The notes beneath the pieces are model-generated. The model ran no database searches. It was not told where the DNA came from and worked only from the letters and a program-made list of their open reading frames with translations. Shown in pieces: positions 27,295 through 36,015 of a stretch of 64,000 nucleotides of DNA. Position 1 is the stretch's first letter; each line of letters opens with the position of its first letter. Made by a program: the position numbers and the translations under genes. Origin of the DNA: a virus; the IMG/VR virus record IMGVR_UViG_3300040856_003829, positions 32,161 through 96,160 of that record, one strand, 5' to 3'.

Positions 27295-28746
27295 ATGGCA
27301 GATAAAAAACAATCTTTGGTTGAAGAGGCACTTTTACAAATGGAGAATTTGAAAGAAGCCGTAACTGAAAACGCAAAAGGAATACTTGCTTCAACAATGA
27401 AGGAAGAAATCAGTCAATTAGTAAAAGAATCTCTAAAAGAAGAAGAGGTTGAAATCGAAGAATCTGAAAAGGACGAGACAGAAGAAGCAGTTCATAAAGA
27501 AATTGATGAACAAGAAGAAGTCGGTGATGACACCGAAGATCTCGAAATTGATGTAGATTTGGATAACTTAGATTTAGATGATGATTCTGATGATGAAGAA
27601 GTTGAATTAGATCTTGATGATATGGGTATGGACACTGATGTGGAAGACGACGTTGAAATCGATGATCTGATGTTGACTGACTTACCTGGTGACGACTTGG
27701 AAGTCGATTCTGAAGAAGAAATTTTAGCACCTTTAGATCTCACAATGGCAACTGATGATGAAATTATTCAGGTGTTCAAAAAAATGGGTGAAGAAGATGG
27801 TATCATTGTTCAACAAACAGATTCTGGTGTTAACATTAAAGATGACACTGAAGATGTTGAATATGAAATCAAAATGGAATCAACTGAATCTGATGAATCA
27901 GATGAAATTCTTTATGAAATTGAATTTACTGAAGAAGAAACCGAAGAAGGTTACAATGAAGTAGAAGAAGGTTACAACGAAGAAATGGATGAAGCTAGTT
28001 GTGGAACTCATGAAGGTGAAGAGCACGAAGGTGAAACACATGAAATGAGAGAGATAATGGACAAAATGAAAGAAATGATGGAAAGAGAAGATTTAGATGA
28101 TGACATGAAAGAGATGATGAAAAAAGTCACTGAAATGATGTCTACTGAAGAAGAAACTGTAGAAGTTGAAGAAGGATATGAAAAGACGGAAATGGATGAA
28201 GTAGAAGAAATCGAGGAAACTGAAGAAGTTGACGAAGGTGAGGTTGAAGAAAGATCTTTAGCACAAGGACAAAGAAAAGGTGTAAATCCTGACGGTAGTC
28301 CTAAAGGTGGTTCTAAACCAGGTACTGGTCCAGTTCCAAATAAATTATTGTATAGAAAACTTCAAAATGAAGTGAAACAACTTAGAGAAAAGAATCAAGA
28401 GTACAAACAAGCTCTAGGTGTTTTCCAAGAGAAGTTAACTGAAGTTGCAGTTTTTAATTCAAACTTAGCTTACGCTACTAGATTGTTCACTGAACACACT
28501 ACAACTAAGCAAGAGAAAATAAATATATTAAGACGTTTCGATGGTGTCGATACGTTAAAAGAATCAAAATCATTATATAAGAGTGTCAAAAAATCTTTAA
28601 GTGATGATTCAACCCTCGTTAAGGAAACAATTGAAAACAAAGTTGAAAAAACTCCAACTACGGGTTCAGCTACAAACCTTATCGAAAATAAAACTTATGA
28701 GAACCCTCAATTTATGAGAATGAGGGACCTCATGAAAAAACTATAA
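27295..28746 (+). CDS. Prohead scaffolding/core protein (T4 gp22-like)
   Basis: Very acidic with a C-terminal coiled coil; lies between the protease and MCP genes. Confidence 0.8.
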   Translation: MADKKQSLVEEALLQMENLKEAVTENAKGILASTMKEEISQLVKESLKEEEVEIEESEKDETEEAVHKEIDEQEEVGDDTEDLEIDVDLDNLDLDDDSDDEEVELDLDDMGMDTDVEDDVEIDDLMLTDLPGDDLEVDSEEEILAPLDLTMATDDEIIQVFKKMGEEDGIIVQQTDSGVNIKDDTEDVEYEIKMESTESDESDEILYEIEFTEEETEEGYNEVEEGYNEEMDEASCGTHEGEEHEGETHEMREIMDKMKEMMEREDLDDDMKEMMKKVTEMMSTEEETVEVEEGYEKTEMDEVEEIEETEEVDEGEVEERSLAQGQRKGVNPDGSPKGGSKPGTGPVPNKLLYRKLQNEVKQLREKNQEYKQALGVFQEKLTEVAVFNSNLAYATRLFTEHTTTKQEKINILRRFDGVDTLKESKSLYKSVKKSLSDDSTLVKETIENKVEKTPTTGSATNLIENKTYENPQFMRMRDLMKKL

Positions 28747-28772
28747 TAAAAATAACTTAAAAAATTATAAAA

Positions 28773-30524
28773 ATGGGAGCATTATTAGAATCAGGTCTCG
28801 TTGGTAACATTGGTCTTAAGCACCTCAAAGTTATCAAGGAAGACACAGTAAACAAATGGGACAAGTTAGGGTTCCTAGATGGCCTCAATGGTCAATTAAA
28901 AGAGAACATGGCTCAGTTATATGAGAACCAAGCATCTCACCTAATCAACGAAGCTGCGACATCTGACGCTGGCGGATCATTTGAAACAGTCGTTTTCCCA
29001 ATCATCAGAAGAGTATTCTCTAAGTTGTTGGCTAACGATATCGTTTCTGTACAGGCTATGAACCTACCAATCGGTAAGTTGTTCTACTTTGTACCTAAAA
29101 TTCAGGCTAGAGGTGCTGCTAACGAGCACGTTCCTCCATTCGGAGCACCTAATGGTCCTACTACTCCATATTCTGGATACTCTGAAAGTTCGGTTAACCT
29201 ATACGATAGATTCTACGAAGGATCTGTTCCAGGTACTGCTGGATCAGGTGTTGATCCTGAAGGATTGTTTGACTACTCTAAGGGTAGATTCAGTGCACAC
29301 ACCATCCAAGGTACTATCGTTTCTGGTAGTAGCTATGGTACTGTAGTGACTGATGCGGCATTTACTGGTGGAACATCATTCCCTAAGTCTGTTGTTGTTG
29401 CATTCTCTGGATTTAGTAATGTTGCTGCTGGTAGAATGATTGGTCCAAGCGGTAACGAAATGGATACTGAAGAATTCCTATCTTACTTAAATGTTCAAGG
29501 TGAGGGTTCTGCATTCCCAGTAAACGTTCTTACTCAGAAGTATGGTAAGGGTATTGTTGAATATGGTGATACTCAGACATCTACATTCTCTGACGGTAAC
29601 GGAGGTAGATATCAAGATCTATGTGACGCTAATGGTATTTTACGTGTCGTTGTTGACTTGAAGACACCAACAGACGATAGTAGTTCACTTGATGGTTACA
29701 CAGGTACATCATTCACAGCGGCTTTCGCTGGATTCCAGGCAACATACAGAGTATATGAAGAACTCGAATTCGAAGACAAGATCGGTGAAGTATCGTTCGA
29801 TCTTGAAGCGGTTACTGTAACAGCAATCGAAAGAAAACTAAGAGCACAATGGTCTCCAGAACTCGCACAAGACGTTTCTGCATTCCACAACATTGACGCT
29901 GAAGCTGAATTGACAGCTTTATTGTCAGAGCAAGTGGCAGCAGAAATTGATCGTGAGATCTTAAGAGACTTGAGAAAAGGTGCGGCTTGGAAACTAAGAT
30001 GGGACTATGACGGATGGAGAAGATTATCAACAACTTCTACAGCATACAACCAGAAGGACTGGAACCAGACATTGATCACTGCGATCAACCAGATTTCAGC
30101 TCAAATCCACAAATCAACATTGAGAGGTGGTGCTAACTGGGTAGTTTGCTCTTCAGAGGTTTCAGCAATCTTTGACGATCTAGAGTACTTCCACGTTTCA
30201 AACGCGGCTCCTGATCAGGATAACTACAACATGGGTATTGAAAGAGTTGGTACTCTTTCTGGAAGATACCAAGTGTACCGTGACCCATACTTCCCACCAA
30301 ACATGGTATTGTTAGGTCACAAGGGTAATTCAATGTTGGATACTGGATATGTATACGCACCGTATGTACCACTCCAGTTAACACCAACTATGTACAACCC
30401 ATTCAACTTCACACCAATTAAGGGTATCATGACAAGATACGCTAAGAAGATGGTTAACAACAGATTCTATGGTGTGATTCAGGTTGATGGTGTTAGAACA
30501 TTCGACCTCAACTCTTTAAGATAA
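28773..30524 (+). CDS. Major capsid protein (T4 gp23-like)
   Basis: VSVQAMNLPIG, RKLRAQWSPELAQDV.AFH.IDAEAELT..LSE...AEIDREI, YAPYVPL, FTPIKGIMTRYA. Confidence 0.97.
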   Translation: MGALLESGLVGNIGLKHLKVIKEDTVNKWDKLGFLDGLNGQLKENMAQLYENQASHLINEAATSDAGGSFETVVFPIIRRVFSKLLANDIVSVQAMNLPIGKLFYFVPKIQARGAANEHVPPFGAPNGPTTPYSGYSESSVNLYDRFYEGSVPGTAGSGVDPEGLFDYSKGRFSAHTIQGTIVSGSSYGTVVTDAAFTGGTSFPKSVVVAFSGFSNVAAGRMIGPSGNEMDTEEFLSYLNVQGEGSAFPVNVLTQKYGKGIVEYGDTQTSTFSDGNGGRYQDLCDANGILRVVVDLKTPTDDSSSLDGYTGTSFTAAFAGFQATYRVYEELEFEDKIGEVSFDLEAVTVTAIERKLRAQWSPELAQDVSAFHNIDAEAELTALLSEQVAAEIDREILRDLRKGAAWKLRWDYDGWRRLSTTSTAYNQKDWNQTLITAINQISAQIHKSTLRGGANWVVCSSEVSAIFDDLEYFHVSNAAPDQDNYNMGIERVGTLSGRYQVYRDPYFPPNMVLLGHKGNSMLDTGYVYAPYVPLQLTPTMYNPFNFTPIKGIMTRYAKKMVNNRFYGVIQVDGVRTFDLNSLR

Positions 30525-30547
30525 TAATTAAAGTTTTGAAAAAATTA

Positions 30548-30573
30548 AAGGGGGACATTAGTCCCCCTTTTTT
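30548..30573. terminator. Terminator after the major capsid gene
   Basis: AAGGGGGAC-ATTA-GTCCCCCTT followed by a T-tract. Confidence 0.85.
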
Positions 30574-30746
30574 ATTTCACAATATTTGGAATCTGGTCCA
30601 AAATATAAACATCTGTATAATTTTAGTTTTTCTCTATGAGATTTAAAATGATCATCAACTGATGACTTATCATAACCTAAAATTACTTCAGATGTAATTT
30701 CACTCTGCAATTTCACGATTTCACTTAGTAGTTCGTCTTTTGTCAT
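30558..30746 (-). CDS. Small hypothetical protein
   Basis: 62 aa ORF. Confidence 0.5.
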   Translation of the reverse strand: MTKDELLSEIVKLQSEITSEVILGYDKSSVDDHFKSHREKLKLYRCLYFGPDSKYCEIKKGD

Positions 30747-30783
30747 ATCAAAAAAAAAAGGAAGATAAACTTCCTTTATTAAT

Positions 30784-31113
30784 TTAATTTATATTAAGAT
30801 CTTCATTATGTTTTTTCAACATCCTAATTGATTTGGATAATAATTCGGATTCTTCAATTGTAAATATATTTCTATTGTGAGCCATTTTGGATGCTTCAAT
30901 CAAACAAAATAGTGCTTGATTGACACTTAAATTATTTATGAAACGATCTAGATCATCAGTACTAGTATAGTTTATAGAATTATATAATGTACCCATTGGG
31001 TTTGTCTGGACATTATTTTTTAGGGACTCGTAAATTTCATTATATTTTTTTTCAATCTCAGAAACATTCTTAGATCTCCTTTTTCTTGTTTTTGTATTTT
31101 CTAATTCACTCAT
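30784..31113 (-). CDS. Hypothetical protein
   Basis: 109 aa ORF followed by the hairpin AAAGGAAG-ATAAA-CTTCCTTT. Confidence 0.65.
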   Translation of the reverse strand: MSELENTKTRKRRSKNVSEIEKKYNEIYESLKNNVQTNPMGTLYNSINYTSTDDLDRFINNLSVNQALFCLIEASKMAHNRNIFTIEESELLSKSIRMLKKHNEDLNIN

Positions 31114-31184
31114 TTTAATCTATATTTAATGATATTTATTTGTATACAATCATAATATAGTATAAATCCTCAAAGAAAGAAGAC

Positions 31185-31742
31185 ATGAACCTAAAAAAAA
31201 CTATAAGAGAATCTTTACTTAAAAAAGTAATGTCAGAAGAATTAAAATATCACGTAGATAATAATATTTCGTTGACTGAAAATGTTTTTAGATATGGTAG
31301 TGATAAATATTTTGAAGTTATTAATGAAGCAAGAAAACTTTATAAGTTAGGATATAATTTCGATGAGTTTGATCGTGAAATACTAGAATCAGATTTAGGT
31401 ACAATAGTCAAAACAAAATCAGGAAAAAAGATTCCTTTAGATATGCCATTTGAATATGGATCTGTCAATGAGGCTGAATATCAAGGAAAAAAAGTTAATT
31501 TAAATGATCCAAAAACTGGAGGATCAAAAAAATGGTACGTTTATGTAAAGGATGGTGATAAAGTAAAAAAAGTTAGTTATGGTTCTCCTGTTATGACTGC
31601 GAAATGGAATGACCCTCAAGCTAGAAAGTCATTTGCCGCTAGACATCAGTGTGCAAAGAAAAAAGACAAAACTAAAGCAGGTTATTGGGCTTGTAGGGCA
31701 CATAAAGATTTCGGTAAAAATGTATCTGGTAGATTTTGGTAA
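31185..31742 (+). CDS. Conserved phage protein with a basic C-terminal domain (RKSFAARHQC...AGYWAC)
   Basis: EAEYQGKKV..N.P...KK.YVYVK...V.YG...RKSFAARH.C...GYWAC resembles a family common in marine T4-like phages. Confidence 0.7.
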   Translation: MNLKKTIRESLLKKVMSEELKYHVDNNISLTENVFRYGSDKYFEVINEARKLYKLGYNFDEFDREILESDLGTIVKTKSGKKIPLDMPFEYGSVNEAEYQGKKVNLNDPKTGGSKKWYVYVKDGDKVKKVSYGSPVMTAKWNDPQARKSFAARHQCAKKKDKTKAGYWACRAHKDFGKNVSGRFW

Positions 31743-32005
31743 TGATTTATATTCAAAACGATATTTCAGATAATAAATTTACTAGAACTTTTTCATCAGA
31801 TATAGACAGTTCAGAGTTAGTCTGGCATATGGATGCTGAAAATAGGTTGGTTGAAGTTCTAGAGGATAGTGATTGGAAGTTCCAAATGGATAATGAACTA
31901 CCTAGGACCCTCGTAAAAGGACTTAAATTTGAAATACCTAAAGAGACCTTTCATAGAGTAATTAAGGGTACAGGATCTCTTAAAATCCTTATTGAGGAAT
32001 ATTAA
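31742..32005 (+). CDS. Small cupin-like protein
   Basis: ELVWHMD.E.R.VEV...WKFQMDNELP...IPK.TFHRVIKG. Confidence 0.65.
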   Translation: MIYIQNDISDNKFTRTFSSDIDSSELVWHMDAENRLVEVLEDSDWKFQMDNELPRTLVKGLKFEIPKETFHRVIKGTGSLKILIEEY

Positions 32006-32172
32006 CGTTCGTGGGGTAACTTAACCGTTTTGAATGTGTAATTCGAATCGACGTAAGCGTCTGGATAAAATTCAAAAAAGTAATCAAGTGCACTATCGAA
32101 ACTCGCAGATTGAGTTTCCATAATAATTTTACCTTCTTTGATTAATTGATATGTGCGTTGAGTGTGTTCCAT
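32002..32172 (-). CDS. Small hypothetical protein (56 aa), not in the ORF track
   Basis: MEHTQRTYQLIKEGKIIMETQSASFDSALDYFFEFYPDAYVDSNYTFKTVKLPHER*; fills the intergenic gap; TTTG-N19-TACATTTA upstream. Confidence 0.55.
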   Translation of the reverse strand: MEHTQRTYQLIKEGKIIMETQSASFDSALDYFFEFYPDAYVDSNYTFKTVKLPHER

Positions 32173-32217
32173 TTACAAGTGTAAATGTAAAAAAACTAAT
32201 TCAAAAATCAAAATATT

Positions 32218-32529
32218 TTATTTCTTTTTTCCCCATTTTTTACCTTTACCTTTTGTTGAACATGCTGAGGGTGTCGGTCTACATGATGGATACTTTGCTC
32301 TTTTTTCTCCTTTTTCTCTACCACAAGGCTTACACTTTTTTCGACCCGTTTTAGAATCTTTACGACAAGTATTACAATCTACCCATCCACTACTTTTCCC
32401 TTTACCTCCTTGTCTACTAAACCATCCATGTAGTCCACTTTTTTTTTCCTTAGAGTAATCGGTTTTTTCGTCAATAATTTGTTTGATCAACTCTACAAGT
32501 TGCGATTCTGTCATACGAAATTTTTTCAT
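32218..32529 (-). CDS. Small basic Cys-rich protein
   Basis: Start moved to ATG 32529 (MKKFRMTESQLVELIKQIIDE); GLHGWF...WVDC...CKPCGR...YPSCRP. Confidence 0.7.
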   Translation of the reverse strand: MKKFRMTESQLVELIKQIIDEKTDYSKEKKSGLHGWFSRQGGKGKSSGWVDCNTCRKDSKTGRKKCKPCGREKGEKRAKYPSCRPTPSACSTKGKGKKWGKKK

Positions 32530-32533
32530 GATT

Positions 32534-32728
32534 TTAACATTTTTTTCCTTTCCAGATTTCACCTTTTCTACATTGGACCATTGCACCACTTTTATATGCC
32601 GAAGTTTCTGGTCCGTATGATTGATCAGCACATCTGTGACATCTATCCTTTTTTTTCTTTTTCTTTTCTGAAATGACTTTCTCTATCAATTCAATCAATT
32701 CAGTTTCGGTAATTCTTATCTTTTTCAT
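32534..32728 (-). CDS. Small basic Cys-containing protein
   Basis: MKKIRITETELIELIEKVISE leader; DRCHRCA...SAYKSGAMVQCRK. Confidence 0.7.
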   Translation of the reverse strand: MKKIRITETELIELIEKVISEKKKKKKDRCHRCADQSYGPETSAYKSGAMVQCRKGEIWKGKKC

Positions 32729-34239
32729 TTTCTGTTAACGATTTGAAATTTGAGTTCTCTTTTATAAGTATTAGTCTCACCATCGGTTTCAACTTTGATG
32801 TCTAAAAAGTATTCGTTTGGTATTTTATCATTCATATCCAAATAAAAGTGATTACCATCATTTGTGCGATTTATCCTTGTCCAGTCCTGAACCATAACTT
32901 CAGTAGTACCCTCTTTGACATACAACCTATAATGTCCTAGAAAATCAACTAATTGTTTATTAGTTGAATAAGCTTCTTTGACATCGACCTCAATTTTTCT
33001 TATATCCGATGTCAATATCTTTTCATCTTGCTTTATACCTGTAAAATTAAATGAATATCTTTTTGGATTGTAAGTTGAAATTCCAATATTATACTTTTCT
33101 GATTCTTCTTTAATTATAAAAGAATTTTCAACATCTCTAAGTGGTTTTTGATCGATTTCAATTCCATTCCAATTGTCATAATACATACATGGTATTGTTT
33201 CACCAGTTAGACCATCGATTTCACAAACATAAACACCCTTTGTCACTCTACAAGTACTTAAACCAGTGAAACCTTGAATAGGTTCATAGTTTAAATCTAA
33301 GATATCCACAAAAGGATTTCTATCTAAATTTTTTGGAACTCCGTTTTCGTAGGAATATAAATATAACTTATTTTTGTGACCATTGATAAATAAATTTCTA
33401 TCATCTTCTATTAAGTCATCATAAGTCGTTTCTAGATATGGTTCATAGAATGTTTGAGTGTGTCTTGTAAAAAACCCTACAGAATGAGATTCAGTCATTC
33501 CGGAAATATTTTCTATTTGTCCAGGGAATGCGATTATATATCCCGTTGTAACAAGCCGTCCTCTTAGAATCTCGGTTATCTCTTTAGACATATCAAAACT
33601 AATATCTTCATTACCAAATTCAAAAGACTGAGAATCAACCAATACTAGATCATTTTCCGTTACTGTCGCAAAATCTCCAAGTACATTAGAATATATCCCG
33701 GGAGTACTCCAACTAGTTGTAGTTGTACTGTTAAAATAATTAGATGGTCTATCAGAATAAGTTTTGTCAGTTGCTAATTCCTGAGTATAATATTGTGTAC
33801 TACCATTATCATTATTTGTATTAGAATAATAATCAAAACCAACACCTTCGTCCCAATATTGGGGTTCACCCCTGGTCCCAGAAGTATAAGGAATACGATA
33901 TAAATTTAAAGTAAAAGAACTTGCCCTTCTTTTTCCATTCGACCACTTATCATTTAATAACTCTTTGTCAAAGGCAGATGTATTTGTCATCCTTAATATG
34001 TGAGAAGTTTCTCCAGAACATGGTTGACTTGCTATGGGTAACCGAATAGTACCATCAGCGACTTTCGATCTTAAATCTTTTAGATCTAAATCAAATATAA
34101 ATCTAGAAAATCCTACAGGTGAGATAACATTATCTACAGATCCGAAAAAAAGTTCAGTAAAAGGACTTTGACCTGTGTTGGTCGTAGATCCATAAATGAT
34201 GGTATTATTTCTCGAGAAGTAAGACTTGTGAACTGACAT
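32725..34239 (-). CDS. Probable virion structural protein (beta-rich)
   Basis: 504 aa; SRFIFDLD...WDEGVGFDY...FFTRHTQTFYEPYLE; late motif upstream. Confidence 0.65.
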   Translation of the reverse strand: MSVHKSYFSRNNTIIYGSTTNTGQSPFTELFFGSVDNVISPVGFSRFIFDLDLKDLRSKVADGTIRLPIASQPCSGETSHILRMTNTSAFDKELLNDKWSNGKRRASSFTLNLYRIPYTSGTRGEPQYWDEGVGFDYYSNTNNDNGSTQYYTQELATDKTYSDRPSNYFNSTTTTSWSTPGIYSNVLGDFATVTENDLVLVDSQSFEFGNEDISFDMSKEITEILRGRLVTTGYIIAFPGQIENISGMTESHSVGFFTRHTQTFYEPYLETTYDDLIEDDRNLFINGHKNKLYLYSYENGVPKNLDRNPFVDILDLNYEPIQGFTGLSTCRVTKGVYVCEIDGLTGETIPCMYYDNWNGIEIDQKPLRDVENSFIIKEESEKYNIGISTYNPKRYSFNFTGIKQDEKILTSDIRKIEVDVKEAYSTNKQLVDFLGHYRLYVKEGTTEVMVQDWTRINRTNDGNHFYLDMNDKIPNEYFLDIKVETDGETNTYKRELKFQIVNRK

Positions 34240-34261
34240 TTAAGACTTTTATAATAAATAT

Positions 34262-35824
34262 TCAATTTATACGAATATTCTTATTCAAGACTTTTTGATT
34301 TGCATTGAGTAGTTCTCTTTGGATTTGATCCATAGTAATTGTACTGTTATATCCCACAGGTATAGGGGGTAAACCTGGATATGGGTGAACATGTTTAAAT
34401 AAAAATTCTACAATCATTTCTAATAACTCTAACATTTCTTCACCCCTCACCATACTAGATGTCTTAGGTTCAATCTCATTAGCAATTCTATCTCTATCTA
34501 TACCATATAAAGTACCATCTAAATCAATTTTTTGTCCATTGTTAGACTTGTTAGATTTATGTGAAAGTAAGTAAATGGTATCCGCACCCATTAACGCAGA
34601 AGTATTAACTTCTGTTGATGTATTTTGGGGTACAATTGTAATTTCTTGAGTCTCAGTCGGGGCTTTACAAGAATACTTTTTATCAAAAACTAAATTATAT
34701 CCCTTTTTACTACAACCTGAATTAACATTTATTTTATTGAAAATCGAGTTCAAATTTTGTTTTTCAACAGGATTGAAACTTTGAGTAGATTTTTTATACT
34801 GTTCTGGATTAGGTCTAAAATAAAGAGGTATATTATCAACTCTATAAATTTTTTGACCTGAAATCGAAAGTGTATTATATTTGTCATTAAGTGATTTTAT
34901 TTCATTAAAGTCCTTTTCGTCAACAATCGATTTTATAATTTTATTAACTAATTCAGAATACTCTTCGTGGTTAAGAGGAGTATTTATTTGTATACTAGAA
35001 CCTAAACCTAGGTCTTCACCTACATTTAAATCAACTTTCGTACCGCTAATTCTGAAATTTTTAGTGGATGTTCTTGGTCCGGGTTTTACTTTATATATTG
35101 AAATATTACCTGTAAATTGACCCTGAGTACTAGATGAATTTTCAACATAGTATTCGACTAAAATTTTTAGATCATCGTAGACAGTTTTCAATTTTTTCTT
35201 TTTTGAAGGTAACCCAAAAGAGATGTTTTTTTCAAATTTTGATATTTGTAAAAATCCCCTTCCTATATAAGAATTAGGCGGTACTTTTTTATTAGGATTT
35301 TCTACATATTTTCCAGATCTCAGTAAAATATGGTTTTTTTTCACTACAATATCAGATCCACCTCTCCCTTGAACTCCAACATCTTCAGGTTTAATAAAAA
35401 CCCCTTCACTTAATTCATTAGTTAGACCTCCAGAAGATTTGAATATATCTGGTGGTGGTAAATTTCTTGAACCTATTTCTAAATTAGTCACTGCACTATT
35501 GTAAGGTTCATTTTCGACTAAAAGAGCGGAAGAATAAATAGGACCAATGTAATAACGATCTAAATTTTCAGTTTTATCAGGATTAGCATAAATTAGGTTA
35601 ACATATTCCCCTACTTTCGGTACAAGGTTTGTAAAAAAGGGATTTAGTGGATGAAAGACGAACGGATCTTTTTTGTCCCAAAAATCCCATAACTGTTCAC
35701 CGTAAGTCAAACTAGCATTTTTCTTTTGGGCTGTGTTTTCGATTATTGGTTCCACTCTGATTCTACCTAAATTTTTAGGATCATCAACATCAGTAACCAC
35801 ACCTCTAAAAATAATCTGACTCAT
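34262..35824 (-). CDS. Baseplate hub/spike protein (gp5/VgrG OB-fold-like)
   Basis: GVVTDVDDPKNLGRIRV, PKVGEYV, C-terminal HVHPYPG. Confidence 0.7.
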   Translation of the reverse strand: MSQIIFRGVVTDVDDPKNLGRIRVEPIIENTAQKKNASLTYGEQLWDFWDKKDPFVFHPLNPFFTNLVPKVGEYVNLIYANPDKTENLDRYYIGPIYSSALLVENEPYNSAVTNLEIGSRNLPPPDIFKSSGGLTNELSEGVFIKPEDVGVQGRGGSDIVVKKNHILLRSGKYVENPNKKVPPNSYIGRGFLQISKFEKNISFGLPSKKKKLKTVYDDLKILVEYYVENSSSTQGQFTGNISIYKVKPGPRTSTKNFRISGTKVDLNVGEDLGLGSSIQINTPLNHEEYSELVNKIIKSIVDEKDFNEIKSLNDKYNTLSISGQKIYRVDNIPLYFRPNPEQYKKSTQSFNPVEKQNLNSIFNKINVNSGCSKKGYNLVFDKKYSCKAPTETQEITIVPQNTSTEVNTSALMGADTIYLLSHKSNKSNNGQKIDLDGTLYGIDRDRIANEIEPKTSSMVRGEEMLELLEMIVEFLFKHVHPYPGLPPIPVGYNSTITMDQIQRELLNANQKVLNKNIRIN

Positions 35825-36015
35825 CTTCTTTTGTTATATTCTTTTAAAATTTTATTGTATGAATTTTCAGTAAAATCCAAAATTTGTGTTAGATTTAGAA
35901 TCTCGACTTTTGTTTTTTCGAAATTATCCGACAAATAACTTAAAGAATTTTCTAAATCTTTATTAGAAAATTCTGATGGTTTTTTAATTATATCTTTCAA
36001 ATTATCCATACTCAT
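35821..36015 (-). CDS. Small hypothetical protein
   Basis: 64 aa helical ORF coupled to both neighbours. Confidence 0.65.
   Translation of the reverse strand: MSMDNLKDIIKKPSEFSNKDLENSLSYLSDNFEKTKVEILNLTQILDFTENSYNKILKEYNKRR

Noticed and set aside
32530-32631. Upstream extensions in ORF-track calls (32631; also 5623, 10280, 15630, 2624)
   Set aside because: They overlap neighbours or terminators or use weak starts; downstream ATGs fit the promoter motifs and leader pattern
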